Assembly (NCBI RefSeq): GCF_018350175.1
Contig: NC_058383.1
Location: 13,022,001-13,086,000 of the forward strand
Direction: 5' to 3'
DNA: 64,000 nucleotides
Source: Felis catus
Taxonomy: Eukaryota
Shown here one piece after another: positions 38,770-53,109 of this stretch. The notes under the pieces were generated by a model. That model ran no database searches and was not told the DNA's origin. It worked only from the letters and a program-made list of their open reading frames with translations. Position 1 is the first letter of the stretch, and every line of letters starts with the position of its first letter. A program made the translations under genes and the position numbers.

Positions 38770-39480
38770 ATTTATTCATTCATGTAATGTTCATTGACAA
38801 TAACAGTTCCTTAGTTGGATGCTGGAGGTATGATAGCAAACAACACTGAGACCCTGGCCTCGAGGGTTCCATAGACGGGTGAAGAGATGGAGAAGAAGTG
38901 GAAATTACAATACAAGAAGAACAAGTGTTTTGTTAGGAATAATGAAGACCTTATATCTAAGTAGGAGAGAGCTAAGCTGAGGCACTTGAGTAGGCTAGGG
39001 AGGAATAATGTTGTTTTCAAAAGAGGAAATTACAATTTTAAAGATTTTATTATATTTTTATTTATTTTAAGTAGGCTCCATGCCCAATGTGGGGATTGAA
39101 CTCATAACCCTGAGATTGAGAGTCTCATGATCTACTCACAGAGCCAGCCAGGCGCCCGGAGGAAGTTATAATTTTAAAGAGACTTGAGTTAAGGACACTT
39201 GGTGCACAAATTGGGGAATTCACAGTAGTTTAGTATATCTGGAGTGTAAGTGTGCGGAGGGAAGGAGGTACGGGAAAGGGTGGTAAGAAATGAGATTAGA
39301 GCCATAGCACAGCCTAGTTCATGGAAAGCCTTGTGGATCCAGGCTAAGGAAATTAGAATTGATCAGTCGATAGCCATTGAAAGTTTTAAGCAAGGGAGTG
39401 ATATGCTTAGACTTGTAATTTAGAGATGTCACCAATCCTGTAAGAGGGTGAAAGATTGGAGACACAGACTTCAGTTAGGA
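38770..39480 (-). mobile_element. L2 fragment hosting a short SINE
   Basis: attcattcat start, agccattgaaagttttaagcaagggagtga L2 motif. Confidence 0.6.
39045..39157 (-). mobile_element. Short tRNA-Lys-derived CanSINE (no CT segment)
   Basis: Reverse reads gggcgcctggctggctc...catgagactctcaatctcagggtt...ccccacattgggc plus A-rich tail; 22-bp flanking duplication with two mismatches (39023-39044 / 39159-39180). Confidence 0.88.
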
Positions 39481-39780
39481 CTAAATCCATTGTGATTAGG
39501 CTTTCCATATTTATTCCTCCTTTACCCCTATACCCACAGTCCTTCCTGGATGAGCTTTTTGCTCTCCCCATTCAAAACAATTACACTGAATTTCTAGGCA
39601 TTTGACAGTGTAACAAATAAACATGTATTTGAAAGTCTAGGTCAACCTTTCTCAAATACTGGAGAGAATCCTGATCTCAGTCGAAGTCATCATTGCGTAT
39701 GAAGAATTAATTTCCTCCTTTGCATCTAAATGGTACTACTTTGGTACTTTACTGAGAATAGGTACTTCAGTCACTTTTTG

Positions 39781-39952
39781 TTTTAATCTTTATTTATGTG
39801 TTTTGAGAGAGAGAGAGGGAGAGAGAGAAATACCAAGCAGGCTCTGTGCAGTCAGGACAGAGCCCTATATGGGAATTGATTCCACCAACTGCGAGATCAT
39901 GACCTGAGTTGAGATCAATAGTCGGATGTTTAACTGAGCCACCCAGGCCCCC
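39781..39952 (-). mobile_element. CanSINE
   Basis: (GA)n segment, reverse head ...actgagccacccaggccccc; TSD gtcacttttt. Confidence 0.9.
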
Positions 39953-41295
39953 TGGTCACTTTTTGATGTATGCATCAGAGTGGAAATTGTTTCTTGTTTC
40001 TGTTACAGCTAGATTGCAAACAGTGTTAAATTTTCTGACATTATTATTATTATTATTATTATTGCTAAATTGACAGTGGTTGCCATTATCAGATTATTAA
40101 CACAAGACCCAAGGGGCTAAAAAGCCTTATTAGGCTCAGTCCTGGTCCATTTTTTATGTTGAACTTGTGGGATGAAAACAGTCCCAGGTCTCTGTGACAG
40201 AAATAGCTTGATAGATGCCCTATACTTGATGTGTAGAAACTGTTGAAGACTTGAGACCTATGTTAGCATTGTCTTAGGAAGCACAGTACAGGTGGTCTGC
40301 TTTAACCTTACAGAGAGAACATCAGTACTTTCCATTAGAGGTACAGGCCTTCAAGCCCCAGGACGATGGAAATGTATCTCTTTGTAGTGATCATGGCCTC
40401 TGTGGTCCATCTCCATTAACACCCTGCAGGTTTGGAAAGTGGGGGACACATTGGACCAGTCTGAACGTTCTCATGGTCATGTCTGAAAGTACATCAGTAA
40501 GCAGTCATCCACACCTAGTTGTTCAAATCGACTGATGATTTCTGATTTCAGATTTGTTTTTTGCATATATGTATTGGCTGACCCTCTGCCTTTTAGATGC
40601 AATTAAGAATTACTTCATCAGTGCCAAAATAACAGAAATAGTTACAATCCAAATTATTGAATTTTAGATTTAAAATTTTTTCTCAGTGTTTGTCCAATGG
40701 TCTTGTATTGAACATCTACCAAGGACCAGACGTGGTGTTGTGAGAGATTTAGTATGATGTAAGATAGTCTCCTTCCTCAAGGGATTTCTATTTTAGAACT
40801 AGCAGGGATAATAACTGTGTAAGCCACCTGATTGATCTGGAATTGCATAAAAACTTTACTGCAGGGATTGAAATAAGAATTTAATTTCTTTTCCAGTAAG
40901 CCTCTATCCAGTATCCATGAGGTGGTTGCAACTTTGAGGTTCCCAAGTGAAATGGCAGTTCACGCAGACCTATCTGGCTGTGGGTGTTTGTTTCTCTGAC
41001 AGGATAAAGTTGGATTTATTTTATCTCCTGAGAAACACGTGTTGGCGAGCAAGCATTATCACATCTTCCCTTGCTTTTCTATTTCAACACAGTATCCTAT
41101 TGAAATGGCAAGCTCCGGTTGTTTTGTTAAAAGAAATCTATGGGCCACATCACATAATTCTTATGTGTTTGATGGCGGCTGCTAATTGGCTGGGGACTTG
41201 TTACCTAGAGGTCTAGGACCCCTCTGAAGTCTTCATTACACAGCTAATGCCCAAAGGTGATCCCTTGACACTTGTTCTTAATGTAGTTCTTTCAT

Positions 41296-41528
41296 TTTCA
41301 CAGTTTTTAAATTGAGGTGTAATTGGCATGTAATATATTAGTTTCAGGTGTGCAGCAAAATGATTTGATATTTGTATATATTGTGAAATGATCACTGCAG
41401 GAAGTCTGGTTAACCTCCATCACCATACATAGTTACAATTTTTTTTTTTTTTTGTGATAAGAACTTTGAAGATCGACTCTCTTTACAACTTTTGAATATG
41501 TCATACAGTGTTATTAACCACAGTCACT
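41296..41528 (-). mobile_element. 5'-truncated L1 3' end (L1_Carn/L1MA9-like)
   Basis: ttagtttcaggtgtgcagcaaaatgatttgatatttgtatatattgtgaaatgatcac; TSD-like aatgtagttctttc / aatgtggttatttc. Confidence 0.8.
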
Positions 41529-41934
41529 GAATGTGGTTATTTCTTAACAGCCAAATGATTTATTTCTTTACCAAATGCTGGGATTTGGTTTCACAGAGCA
41601 CCCTTTTTCTCCTTCCCCGGGTGTGTAGGCTATGATGTGTAATGTCTGCTCACTGTATCAATAAATCATTGAGTGATTTTTTTTTTTTTTTGAGTGTTTA
41701 AAGAAGTACAGGAAATGGTTTCTTTTCCACCAAGGTGCTTGCTTCCCTCTGCAAAGTCTAAACCAGAAGCCTCCAAACTTTTTTGATTATATGCTCCTAT
41801 TGGCAAAAACACTTAGAATAAGCACCCTTGTTATATATATTTTTATTCATTTAAAAGTTTTATGTATGTGCTGCTGGGTATGTTGTGTAGATCATAAAAC
41901 ACGTAACAGCAGAAATTGTTAAAGAAGGAAATGA

Positions 41935-42150
41935 GGGGCTCCTGGGTGGCTCAGTCGTTTGAATGTCTGGCTCTTGATTCCGGCTTAGGTCATAATCTCA
42001 TGGTTTGTGGGATTGAGCCCCACGTCAGGCTCTGCATTGACAGCATGGAGCCTGCTTGGGATTCTCTCTCTCCCTGTCTTTCTGCCCCTCCCCTGCTCAT
42101 GCTCTTTGTCTCTGTCTCTCTCAAAATAAATAAATTTTAAAAAATTAAAA
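41935..42150 (+). mobile_element. CanSINE
   Basis: Head ggggctcctgggtggctcag; TSD gaaggaaatga on both sides. Confidence 0.94.
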
Positions 42151-45100
42151 AGGAAGGAAATGAAGAACACATATAAATAAACATTTTTATGTAGACTTAC
42201 CTTATTCCAGTGCAGCATTTTGCAGACCACTGGTGTAGACAGAAAGTGCTAAGGGTGCCTGGAAGGGAGAAATCATCCCTAAGGCTTGTGGATAGAGAGG
42301 GAGTTAATGTGTGAGGCATAACCAGTAAGTCCTGGCAGGGCATGGGGGAAGTTGGTACCATCATTTTGGTGCAAGCGGCAGGGTGTCATGAGCTTCTTAT
42401 AGGGAGTCATGAAGTAGAAGTGTGCTGACCCGAAGTGAGTGGACACGTGTGGACTAGGATAGAGGGAGGGGGTGGGGGGTGGTGATGGGTGGAGAGAATG
42501 TGAAGAAACCATCAGGGTCCTATTCCCTTAGAGAGACTGTGAAGTGAGAAAGGCAAACAGGAGGGTGGTGGCAGGTAGGGTGAGAAACTAGTGAAAGTTT
42601 GGGAACTTCCTTGTGGCCAGCAACTATCTGTTAATGGTTGGCACTGCAGAGGAGGAAGTGATCTTGAAGGCTGCTGGTGGACAGTGGTTTGTAGTCGGGA
42701 AAGCTTGAGATGTGGGGAGGCAAAGGGGAAGAACTGGCTGCATCCCAAAGCCTTATTGTGCCTAACTTCGGCTTTTTTAGGACCATGGCAGTGTTTTTCA
42801 GGAAGCGGTTTATTTACCCCCACCCCCTCTTCTTTTAGACTAAATAACGGAAGCTGGTGCTCGTGTCCAGGGTCAGGGCTAATTTTCCAGGGTGTAGGAA
42901 ATACTTTCCTCTTTGTGTTATTTACTTCTAAACTTTGTTTTCTTCTACTCTCCTGTTCGAAGAGAGAGACGTGTAGCTACTGCCTGAGCAGTCCCTGTGA
43001 ACGTGACGGATCTTGAGGCTTCCAGAGATGAGGCTGGCATGAGAAGTGAAGAAGCACCGCATGGCTGTCTCTGAGAGGCAGTTTTTTCCCGTGGACAGGA
43101 TAGAGCTTTAATTGAATCCACATCACATCTCATCTGTGAATGCTGAAGAGCAGTACATTTTTAACTAGGAAGAGCATCAATTATTTATTAGCCACGATGC
43201 TAATTTATCCTGAGTGTGTGTCTTAGAGCTGGCTTTTCATCTCTGCGTGGCCACTGATGTAATGCCATTGTGTTCCTGTACTAAAGCGAGAGCTCTGATT
43301 TCCTAACCTTGTGTTTTCCTATTATTTTTTTAATTGTGCTAAAATATTTACTCACTGGTGACCATATGGCACTGCTACTGAAAAGAGGAGAAAGTGGGGA
43401 TTCCTGCTGCAGTGGCTCTTTTTGGCTCTAACGTCTGAGGGTCCTTTGGAGGTGCCCTCTGGGAGAGCCGTTCACTCAACACTGTGCTTTGGGGAGTAGC
43501 GTGGGGCTTGTCCGGTCGCACTTTGATGCTGCTGCCTTATCTGTTGCTTGGTACTGTTGTGTTCCAGGGTGAATCTCTGGAAGTCCCAGTTACAGATGTT
43601 TGAGACTTTGAATGTTTGCCTATAGAAATGTAGGCCGCTTCCGGGGTGTCTCCCCTTGTCACCGCACTGATGGCCAGTGGACAGAGTGTTGCTTAGGTCC
43701 TGACACTACTCTAAGCACTTTATATGTGTTGACTTATTTGATTTTCACAACAATCCTAGGAGGTAAAATGCTATGATTATATCTATGTTACAGACGGAAA
43801 AAACGTTAAGTAACTTGTCTGGTGAGTTTGGCATAGGCTCTGGAGTGGAAAGCTGAAGTGCCTTGCCACGCAGAGTCCTGGCCCTCAGTCTCTTTATCAG
43901 ACAATGTTGTCAGTAGCACCCGCTCACAGGATCGGGGTGGGTGTGCAATTCTGGCGCGTGGCAGCCACCGCTATGGCCGCCATCACTACCCTCCTCTTGA
44001 TCGTCACAGCATCTGTACAGAGAATCAAATGAGATGCTTCAAACTCTGAGGTAATCCAAAGGATAATTTGCTTTAGATGTCAAAGACCGGTTGAGCTCTG
44101 CCTCCCTTTCCTTGAAAATGTAATGGCAGGAAAAGAGGAAAAGTTGGAAATGGGGAGCCTTTTTCCAAACTGGAAGTCAGGTAGGATATTTTCAGAGAGA
44201 GATGGAATATCTCTGCCTGTGCTCTTCTCACTGCCGTTCGTTACTACCCTGCCTCCCCACCCCCTTCAGGGGCAGGGGTGAGGGCCAGCACACTGGAGGA
44301 GAGGGTGGTGAGTAAGGAGAGAAGTACCCGCTGAACACGCATGCGGAATCCCCGCAGCATGTAATTAAGGCCTGCAGCCCTTGTCAGCCAGAAACTCTTC
44401 TCATGGTGCGAGAGGCAGAGAGCCTTGTCACTGTCTCTAGAATTATTTGTGTAATTCAGCAGCTGTTTCCCTCAGATGCTTACCACACGGGGTTGGGTTA
44501 TAAAGATGTACGAGTAGAATCGCCGAGGTTCAGACACTTGTGTTCACTGTTCAGCTGAGAGCCACTTAGCCTGTTCTTGTACAAATGCATTAGATTATGG
44601 TTAAGCAGCTTATGGACATAAAAACACATTAGAACTTTACAGCACTCTATAAATTATAGTTTTTGCAGCATTCACAGCCACAATGCTAGGTAATTACATT
44701 CATTAATCTACTACTAAGAGCACATAAAGTTGCCTCCCAAACGGTACTGTATGTGTCAGTGCTCTGCTGGGAAGGAGAGCTCCCCCCCTGCTTTTTTCCA
44801 TCTCCCCCGGTTCCATTAAGCCTTGTGCAGGAAGGTTTTGGATGGCACATTGAGGGATTCCCTAATAGAGTCCAAGAAACCCATTTCTTTCAAGGTTAGG
44901 CTCTGGCAGCAAGCTTTGTAGGCAATCTCTTCATGCTGAACTGCATCTAGTAACCATTTTGTGTATTTATTTTCCTTTTGGAAATGGACAGATGTCTCAT
45001 TTGGAAAACCAGCAGGGGTAAAGCAGTTGAAAAGAGATTTATGATGTCATCAGTGGCAGTGCTTTCTCAGGCCCTTTCTGCCTGTCTCTATGAACAGTTT

Positions 45101-45499
45101 ATATGGTGGGTCTTTTAAATTTTGGATATATCATGAGTACTCGTGTGGTCAGGTCAATTCATAGTAATAAAATAACTAACCCTAGCATATTCCAGAAATT
45201 ATATTAGTTTATTTAATCCTAATGGCTGCTTTGTAAGTTAGGTGCCATAATTAGCTGCCATTTTATAGAAATGAGAATACTGAGGCTTCACAGGGCGTTG
45301 TGGTAATTAAAAGAAGTATAATACATACACTACGCAGCACATTACTTGGTACAATGAAAGATACTCTGTAAACACAGTCTTGAGGATAGATGGAGAACAG
45401 ATCCCACCGTTAATCCCCCAGTGCCAAATATAGGCTTTTATAATGACTGTCAGTTTCCCTTTATAATGACTAAGAACCTGACTATATTAGTCAGGAAGA

Positions 45500-45720
45500 G
45501 GAATTCCTCGCTTATCACTTATTTACTGTTTACTTTATGCTGGAAAATAACCAGGCACTTTCCACAAATATCCTTAAATCTATCTCCTTACTCTATCCCT
45601 GTATTCTGCAAGTGGAAATGGAGGCTTAAAATGGCTGGGAGACTCACTCAAAGTCACAAAGCCACAAAATGGCAACACCACTGCTCAAGGCCAGATCTAA
45701 CTGCCACCAAAGCACCTGCT
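45500..45720 (-). mobile_element. MIR (degenerate)
   Basis: ccaggcactttccacaaat...gtggaaatggaggctt...cactcaaagtcaca. Confidence 0.55.
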
Positions 45721-48700
45721 TGTGTCAGGACTAGTTGAGCAAAGACATAAAGGAGGAAATGGGAGACGAACGCAGAGAATGGGTAGCAGTGAAGTATTGT
45801 CGTTTCTTTGGAATTAAGTTTCTGTTGTGGGAAATAAGTTAAGAAATTGATAGGATCCCTATCAGTAAAGGAGTCCGAACATAAAAATGTTGGCTTTGTG
45901 TCCTTAAAAGCAGCCGTAGCTTTTAGGGTGGGGCGCAGAGTCCCTTTTTCAGCAGGCAAGGTGGCCTTCTTGTTCCCTGAGGAATTGAGAAGCGTTTGGA
46001 ACTACCCAGGGCACTGTTGTAAGGTTGGGTAACTGCTGAGAGAAACGTGGTTGCTCTGGTGTAAACTCGTTTGCTGACGAGGGGATGATAAAATCAGCCT
46101 CAGCATCTTGTGTCCATCCCAGCTCTACCCCCTTTTACAAAAGAGCTGCCATATTGGATTACTGCTGAAATCACCAGAGCCTGCTGCTTGCTTATCAGGG
46201 CAGGGCGATGCCATCTGTGGGATGAAATATACTCACAATATTATAGCAAACGGACAAGGGAAAAGAGGAAGTCTCCCTCAAAGACGCTGCCATCTAAGGT
46301 ATAGCTTGAAACCACAGGCTCGGTTTTTGGCCCCAAGACTGATTTCCCTACCAGCCCATCTGCTCATGCGCACACCCTCCTGAGCTCACACAGCAGGCCT
46401 GGCCTTTATCATTTCAGGTCCTGCGGAGCTGTTCTCTCTCACTGTGGTATTGATGTCAGTTTTAACAGCCATCATGTATATTGACTCCTGCACCGATTCC
46501 CAGTGTATCTGCCGTTGCTAGTTTGTTTAGCTGTGCTCCCCTTTCATAGGCTGTGATGGGGATTTCACCTTTATGAATGTAATTTGCTGAGCTTGTGGTG
46601 GCATCAAGAAATCCTCCCGGGATGAGGAAAGGTTGATTTTCCTACAATCAGATGATGTTTTCCAGCTCCTTTTCCTCATGGGCCCAAGGGCCAGCGTCAC
46701 ACCACAGTGTGTCACCACAGTGAGAGAAGAGAAGGAAATTGTTTAAAGTGTGTCATCTGCAGACTGATCTTATATGATCTTATATGCCTGTGAGCATGTA
46801 CAGGCACGTGTTAGGGATGGACCGAGTGGGGTATGCACTTAGTAACTCAAAACTCTGCTGAGTTCACTGTGGTCAGCTCTTAGAGATAAATTAAATGCTG
46901 CTTCGTAAAAATGGGGGAACATTTTCAGAAGAGACTCTCAGTGCTTTCAGCAAATCTCCATGGCTTATCTTTTTATATAGCAGTCATCTCCTCAAATCAG
47001 ACATCCCTATTGCCTATTAGGGAAACACAGAAAGCCTAGATTATGAGTTAAAGGTATCGACAGCATTTCAAGTGCTATCAGAGAACATTTAATTCAGTTT
47101 AATTTTGTGATAAATCTCATGTTTAATCCTCTGGTTACTCTGTAATCATGTCTCTATTGATCTTTTCTGAATGACTGCCTGCAGTTTAATAAACTTTGCC
47201 ATTAACCCACAGCTTCTAAAGGAAGAGATTGATTCCATTATCAAGTCTGATAGACCCAATAAGTACCTAAACATCACTATATCTATCTATAGGAAGCTTT
47301 CTTATAGTGACAAGCGTGTGGCTTGTTCAAGAAGCTGGATAAAAGTCTGACCATCTTTGCATGACAGAATTGCCTCAGAATTAGCATCTGATTCCCTTAT
47401 GCGGATGGACACTAACCCTTCATCTCTCAGGTCAGTGTCATAGCCCATGGAAAGGACAGTTTCTTTTCTTCCTTCAACTGTAATTGTAGGGTCTTCTTTC
47501 TTCTCATTGCAGAAATAGCTGGAGTTTATTTAGTCTGTGTCTCAGGTCAGTGGGTCCATCTCAAGCCCTTTCCTAGGTTCTGTGCATACCTGCAGGATAG
47601 TTCTTTTTTATTTTTACCCATGTGATGCTAAAGCAAAGAAAACCTTTCTGGATAAAACTGGAAATAGAAGACCAGGGGTGATGAGAGAGGGAGTGTGTGC
47701 AGAGTCATAGACTGAAACTGTGTGAACAAGCTCCAAGACTTGGAAAATTTTCCATGAAACCCATATAAGTGTCTTATTTAGTGACAGAGCATTTGCAGTA
47801 TGCGCTAAACAGGAGTCCCACATTTTGCACCTGTGGGTATTTATAGCGGTTATCATTATCCACTAATATTTATTTACCCACACAGGCAGAACATGTGGGA
47901 TTCAGGGTCTGGAATGTTTGTGTAGCTTCGTATTTTTTTTAAGGTCAGAAAGGTGTCATTCTCTGTCACTTTTCACCCCTGAAATAAAACGGTAAAGATT
48001 GTCAGTTTTAGAGAAAGCGCCAAAGCTTTTATTTCTGTCTAGATTTTTTTTATTGATGATTTGAATACTTCTGAAAGAGTTCACATATTTGACATAAGAG
48101 GTATAGCCTTTCTCCAATTATGATTTGGAGGGGAAGTGGAGGTGAGGAGAAGGATTGTATAATAAGATAACACTAAACCGTAATATAAAATTTTCTTCAA
48201 ACAAAAAGGTCATAACTCTGACGCAAATAAGGTTATAATGACCTGGTGTTAGGGAGTGAGAGTGGGCTTTAGCAGCCCTCAGCTTCCTCCTTTAGAAAAT
48301 GAAAATACTTTGTGGGAGAAAAACCTCAACTGCATCAGTGAACTCTAAGCTACATTTGTTGAACATTTTATATGTGCTCAAATAACCTGCCAGGATGATA
48401 ACATTAGAGAGGTTGATGGAACCTAAGAGATTTTCCCATGGAGGACCCTAAATTTATAGATTTTGGAGTAGATTGGTTCCTGCCCCTTGAGAAGCCAATT
48501 AAAATTAGTTTGAAAAAGGGTGTAACAGTTACTACTGGAGTGTGGGAAGGGTTATGTGCACATGTACATGTTGCTTCTCTGGATCACTTCTCTGTAAATG
48601 AAGGAATGCCTGCTCATCTCCAATGGGAAGTTGACTACAGTTTCTGGGACGTTGGGAGAAAGGAACAGATTATTACTCAAGTAATAATGATTTCATCGTT

Positions 48701-51700
48701 CTCCAGAAACCTATCTGAACCAAACCTGAGCCATAAAGGGACTGTCTCTCATCCACGTACCCTTCCCGATATGCTGTACGAAACTGTATTTGTATTCAAA
48801 ACTGCATAACATGAATTTTGCCAGAAGTGGCTTTTCCTGTCACTGAATAGTCCTAAACATTAAATTACCTTTCATAAAATTGTTTCCTGTCTGCTGAGTG
48901 GACAGAATATGCCTTCTTTGTGTGCGCACGCATGTGTGTGTGATTTTTTTTCCTGAATGGGCCTCTCTAAGTGGTTCCCCGCTCCCCGCTTCCAGCTACC
49001 CCCCTGCTTCTATGACAGCACGGCCAGCCCTAAACTAAAGCAAATACCGAGGTGTCCTCTGCTGTCTATTAATGCAGATGTGACTTTTTGCTTTATTTTG
49101 TTCTTTTAGATTTGACTTATAAAACCAGAGCTAGATATTAGTGGTCTCCCCTTGTGTCCCCTAAGATTCTGGTATCCCACCAGGAATTTGTTTTTTCTCT
49201 TCTGGGGAAGATGTAGGGGAAGAGTGAGGATCAGAATTGGTATAGCATGGCAGAGAGGAATAGGCAGGACCCTTCCATGGCTTAGAATCCCAGTCTTTAT
49301 TTTGCTTTCTATTTCTTCTGAGGTTAATTTCATTTCACTCTTGCTAGAAAAGTGAAATGAATGGATACATTGTGTCTGTCTGTAAGTAAATGAAAGATCC
49401 ACGTAGGGCCAGATACCCATCTGTGTTGTAAGTTGGATTTCTAGCCTGTAATCCTCTCCTCTGCTTTTCTCTATATAATGGTAATGCAAGCCCAGAGAAG
49501 GTCATGTTCCCACACCAAAGCTGGAATACCTGTTGATTCCAGGACTCCTCCAGGACTGGGAAGTAACCACCGTATGCATACAGCTGACAATAACTACAAC
49601 AGAATCAGAAAGCTAATTGCTGAGTGTTTCTAGAGACATTGGTCATTTAAAATAAAGATGGAGTAGTGTGTGAGGGGAACTCCTCCTGGGGAGGAGAAGT
49701 TGGGAACATTATTACCATTTTGGGTCAGTATCTGGATATGAAGAAGTTTTCACTGGCAGTCAGCGTCCTCCTATGGAATATCTGGATAATAGTATCAACC
49801 ACTTGACTTTTCTAAAAGTAGGAGGTAATAAGACCCAGTAAATGGTCGTTTGGCCTTGATATGAAGCCACAAAAAGGAATGTAGGACGTGACATTTTCCC
49901 AGTCGGTCCGCTTTGTTGTTTTGTCTTCTCTCAGACTTACAAGGTCATCTGCGTGATCTCTTGAGGCATCTGCTCAACCCCTTTTTATTATAGGGGTATG
50001 GTGATGGTCTCATCACGACGTGCTGAGGGGGTATCATTAAATAATACGTTGGGAAGTTTTTACCTGGCAAGAGGAGTAGTAGGATTCATAGGCTGGTGGG
50101 ATATCCTGTGGAATGAGAGAAACATTCATGGTGTCCTCATTTCTCTAATTCATTTGTTCGAAACCCAACTATTGTGTGCTTTGTACTGTGTTCTCTGCAG
50201 GGAATTCAGGGATGATGAAGGAGTCATAGCCACCGTCCCTGCGGAGCCAAACCTTAGTTTGTATTTCAGGGAGGCCCCAATTACTAATTTAATTATTTTG
50301 TCACATGCAACAAGAACATTAATTAACCCCTTCCCCATTTTTTGCATGGAATGCCTAGTCAAAAAAATGCATAATGCCTATTTAAAAGAATTATATACAG
50401 CATTAAAATTATACATCCTCTCAAATGTGCGTGTGACCAGAGTGGATAAAAAACCAACAGCAATTTGCTTGTTGTTGTTCTGCCTGCCTCTCTTGAGGTA
50501 GCAAACCAGGCTCCTGCCCGTGGAAAGGCCTGAGGATTGCGGGCCTACTTCCTCTTCTGGCTTCCATTATCCTCTCCTCTGTTGTGTGGTTCCCTTCGCC
50601 TTTTTGGACTCACTCTTTGTGTACGTTATCGCCCTTAAGCCTTCTCTGATGAGATTTTCTGCTTCAGTCATGCTGTGCTCAGCTTTCAGAATGTTGCTGT
50701 TATGGAGGAGTTAAAAAAATTTTTTTAAAGGTTTCCTTTTCGTCATGCTGTATTTCTCAGATTATCTGGAGGGACTGTAATCCAATTTTAGGAATCCTTC
50801 AGGGCTAAGAGCCTAAACTGTTTTAAGCAATAGCATCTAGTTGCCAGGGACTCAACCACTTTGAGAGTGTTAAGGTCTAACAGCAGCCAACTCTCAATTA
50901 TCTATGGGAATGAGAGGCTGCTGGGACGTTTTCAATTCACAGAGTGTGCAAAAATCTCACTTAAGCTGGTGGTTGTGATCTCATCCTGTAACTGAATTTA
51001 GGAAAGCTTCTCAAGAGGCTGGGTTGTTTATTTTTATTTATTTTTATTTTTTCCTTTTTACTTGTCACTTCTGACCATGGCACTGTACCTTTGATAGGTG
51101 TTTTTATATACCGAATTTTTCTATACTTGGTCGTTTTTTTTTTTTTTTAAACTCGTTTTCCTCTCTCCATTTGGATTCCCTTATGTCCTGTGTGCCATCA
51201 TGTATTAAATATATTTTGATAAGCTGCCTCAAATTTTTTTGAGGAACATTGTGTAGGAACATTAAAAATGTATTTATGTTTTCTTTCTTTGCTTTTTGAT
51301 TGAAGTGTTCATGAGACAGGTTGTGGCCAAACAGCTAACCAGAGTACTTGAAAGAAAGCTAGGAAGACTTTACCAAAGGTTAGCCTGTGAATGACTGAGA
51401 GTTAATTGACTGATAGAAGTGAAGAAAGAAGGCACAATGTGGACTCCACCTTGTCACTGAAAATGATGTGAAGATGGCACGAGGCATTAATGTCCACAGC
51501 TGAGTCTTCTCCACTGGAAACTTCATGGCCACATTATGGGCGAAGGCCAGACCTTCCAGTGTGGTCATCCCTTTGTTTCAGGAATCTGAAAGACGACCTT
51601 TGGATGGATGTTGAATGCAATCCAGTTATTGGTGGTGGTGATACGCCAGCTGCGTGATGGCAAGGGTTGCCGTTTCTTTTTCAACAGCTTTATTGAGATA

Positions 51701-52561
51701 TAATTCACATACCAGTAAACTGCATGGATTAAAAGTATAAAATTCGATAAGTTTTCACGTGAATATTAAGCATGTACATGTATCTATTGATATTACATAA
51801 GACATACTGTGCATAATCGTGAAAGTATCGCCGTAATCAAGACCATGAGTAGGTTTATCCATCCAAATGTTTCCTCATGTTCCTCTATAACCTCTTCCTG
51901 CCCCTCCCTCCCAGGGAGCCACATTTTTTAAAATTTTATATAAATGGAATCGAACAAAATGTATTCTTTTGTGACTCATTTCTTTTACGGAGCATAATTA
52001 TTTTGAGATTTATTCAAGTTGTCATGTATCAGGAGGCTACTTTTTTGTTGCTGGGTAATATTCCACTGAATGGTTATGTCACAGTGTATTCACCTGTTGA
52101 TGTACATTTGAGTTGTTTCCAATTTTAGGCTGTAAAAAGCTGATAGGAACACTTACGTGCAGATCTTTTTGTGGACACGTGCTTTGATGTTTTTGGGAAA
52201 ATACCTAGGCATAGAATGGTTAGATCATATGGTAGGTATACTTTGAACTTTTAAAGAAGCATCCAAACTGTTTTTCCAAAGTGGCAGTACCATTTTTCAC
52301 TCTTCCCGTTAGTGTTTGAATGTTCCTCCACATCCTTGCCAGCACTTGGTGTGATGACTGTTTTTTGTTTTAGCCATTCTGATATGTAGCTAGTGGCATC
52401 TCATTGTGGTTTTAGTTTGCATTTCTCTGATGACTGTTGGATGTTAAGCATATTTTCACATCTTTTACTTGCCACCCATATGTCTTCTTTAGTTAACTGC
52501 TCAAATCTTTAAACAAAAACCCATTTAAAAAACTGGGTTGGTTTTCTTTTAATGTAGGTTT

Positions 52562-52584
52562 TAAAAAAAATGTTTGCTTATTTG

Positions 52585-52675
<91 letters not shown>

Positions 52676-52829
52676 GGTGGGGGAATGCCAGAGAGAGAGA
52701 GGGAGAGAGAGAATCCCAAGTAGGCTCCCTGCAGAGCCCAACATGGGGCTTGGTCTCAAGACCGTGAGATCATGTCCTGAACCAAAATCAAGAGTTGGAC
52801 ACTTAACTGACTGAGCCACCCAGGTGCCA
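52562..52829 (-). mobile_element. CanSINE containing a compound (TG)n(GA)n microsatellite (52588-52672)
   Basis: Reverse head ...ctgagccacccaggtgcc. Confidence 0.93.
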
Positions 52830-53109
52830 CGCTTTTTATGTAGTTTTGAGAACTTTAAAAATATATTTTGGATACAAAACTTTTCTCAGATATATATACT
52901 TGGCAGATAGTTTTCCATTCTGTGATTTGTCTCTTCATTTTCTTAACAGTGTCTTTTGAAGAGCAGAAGTTTTAATTTTTGATGAGGTGTAATTTATCAC
53001 TTTATTCTTTTATGGATTGTGTTTTTGGCATCATGTCTGAGAAATCTTTGCTTAACCTAAGTCACACAAGTTTTCCCCTCTGTTTTCTTTTAGAAGTTGT
53101 GTAGTTCTT

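Noticed and set aside
39045..39157. Possible tRNA-Lys gene
   Set aside because: Decayed stems, an A-rich tail and a flanking duplication indicate a retroposed SINE, not a functional tRNA.
46765..46786. 10-bp tandem duplication tgatcttata x2
   Set aside because: Ordinary slippage event with no further structure.
49998..50501. 167-aa ORF (likewise 54317-54820 minus and 48438-48809)
   Set aside because: No recognisable protein family or exon structure; these lengths are expected by chance in 64 kb.
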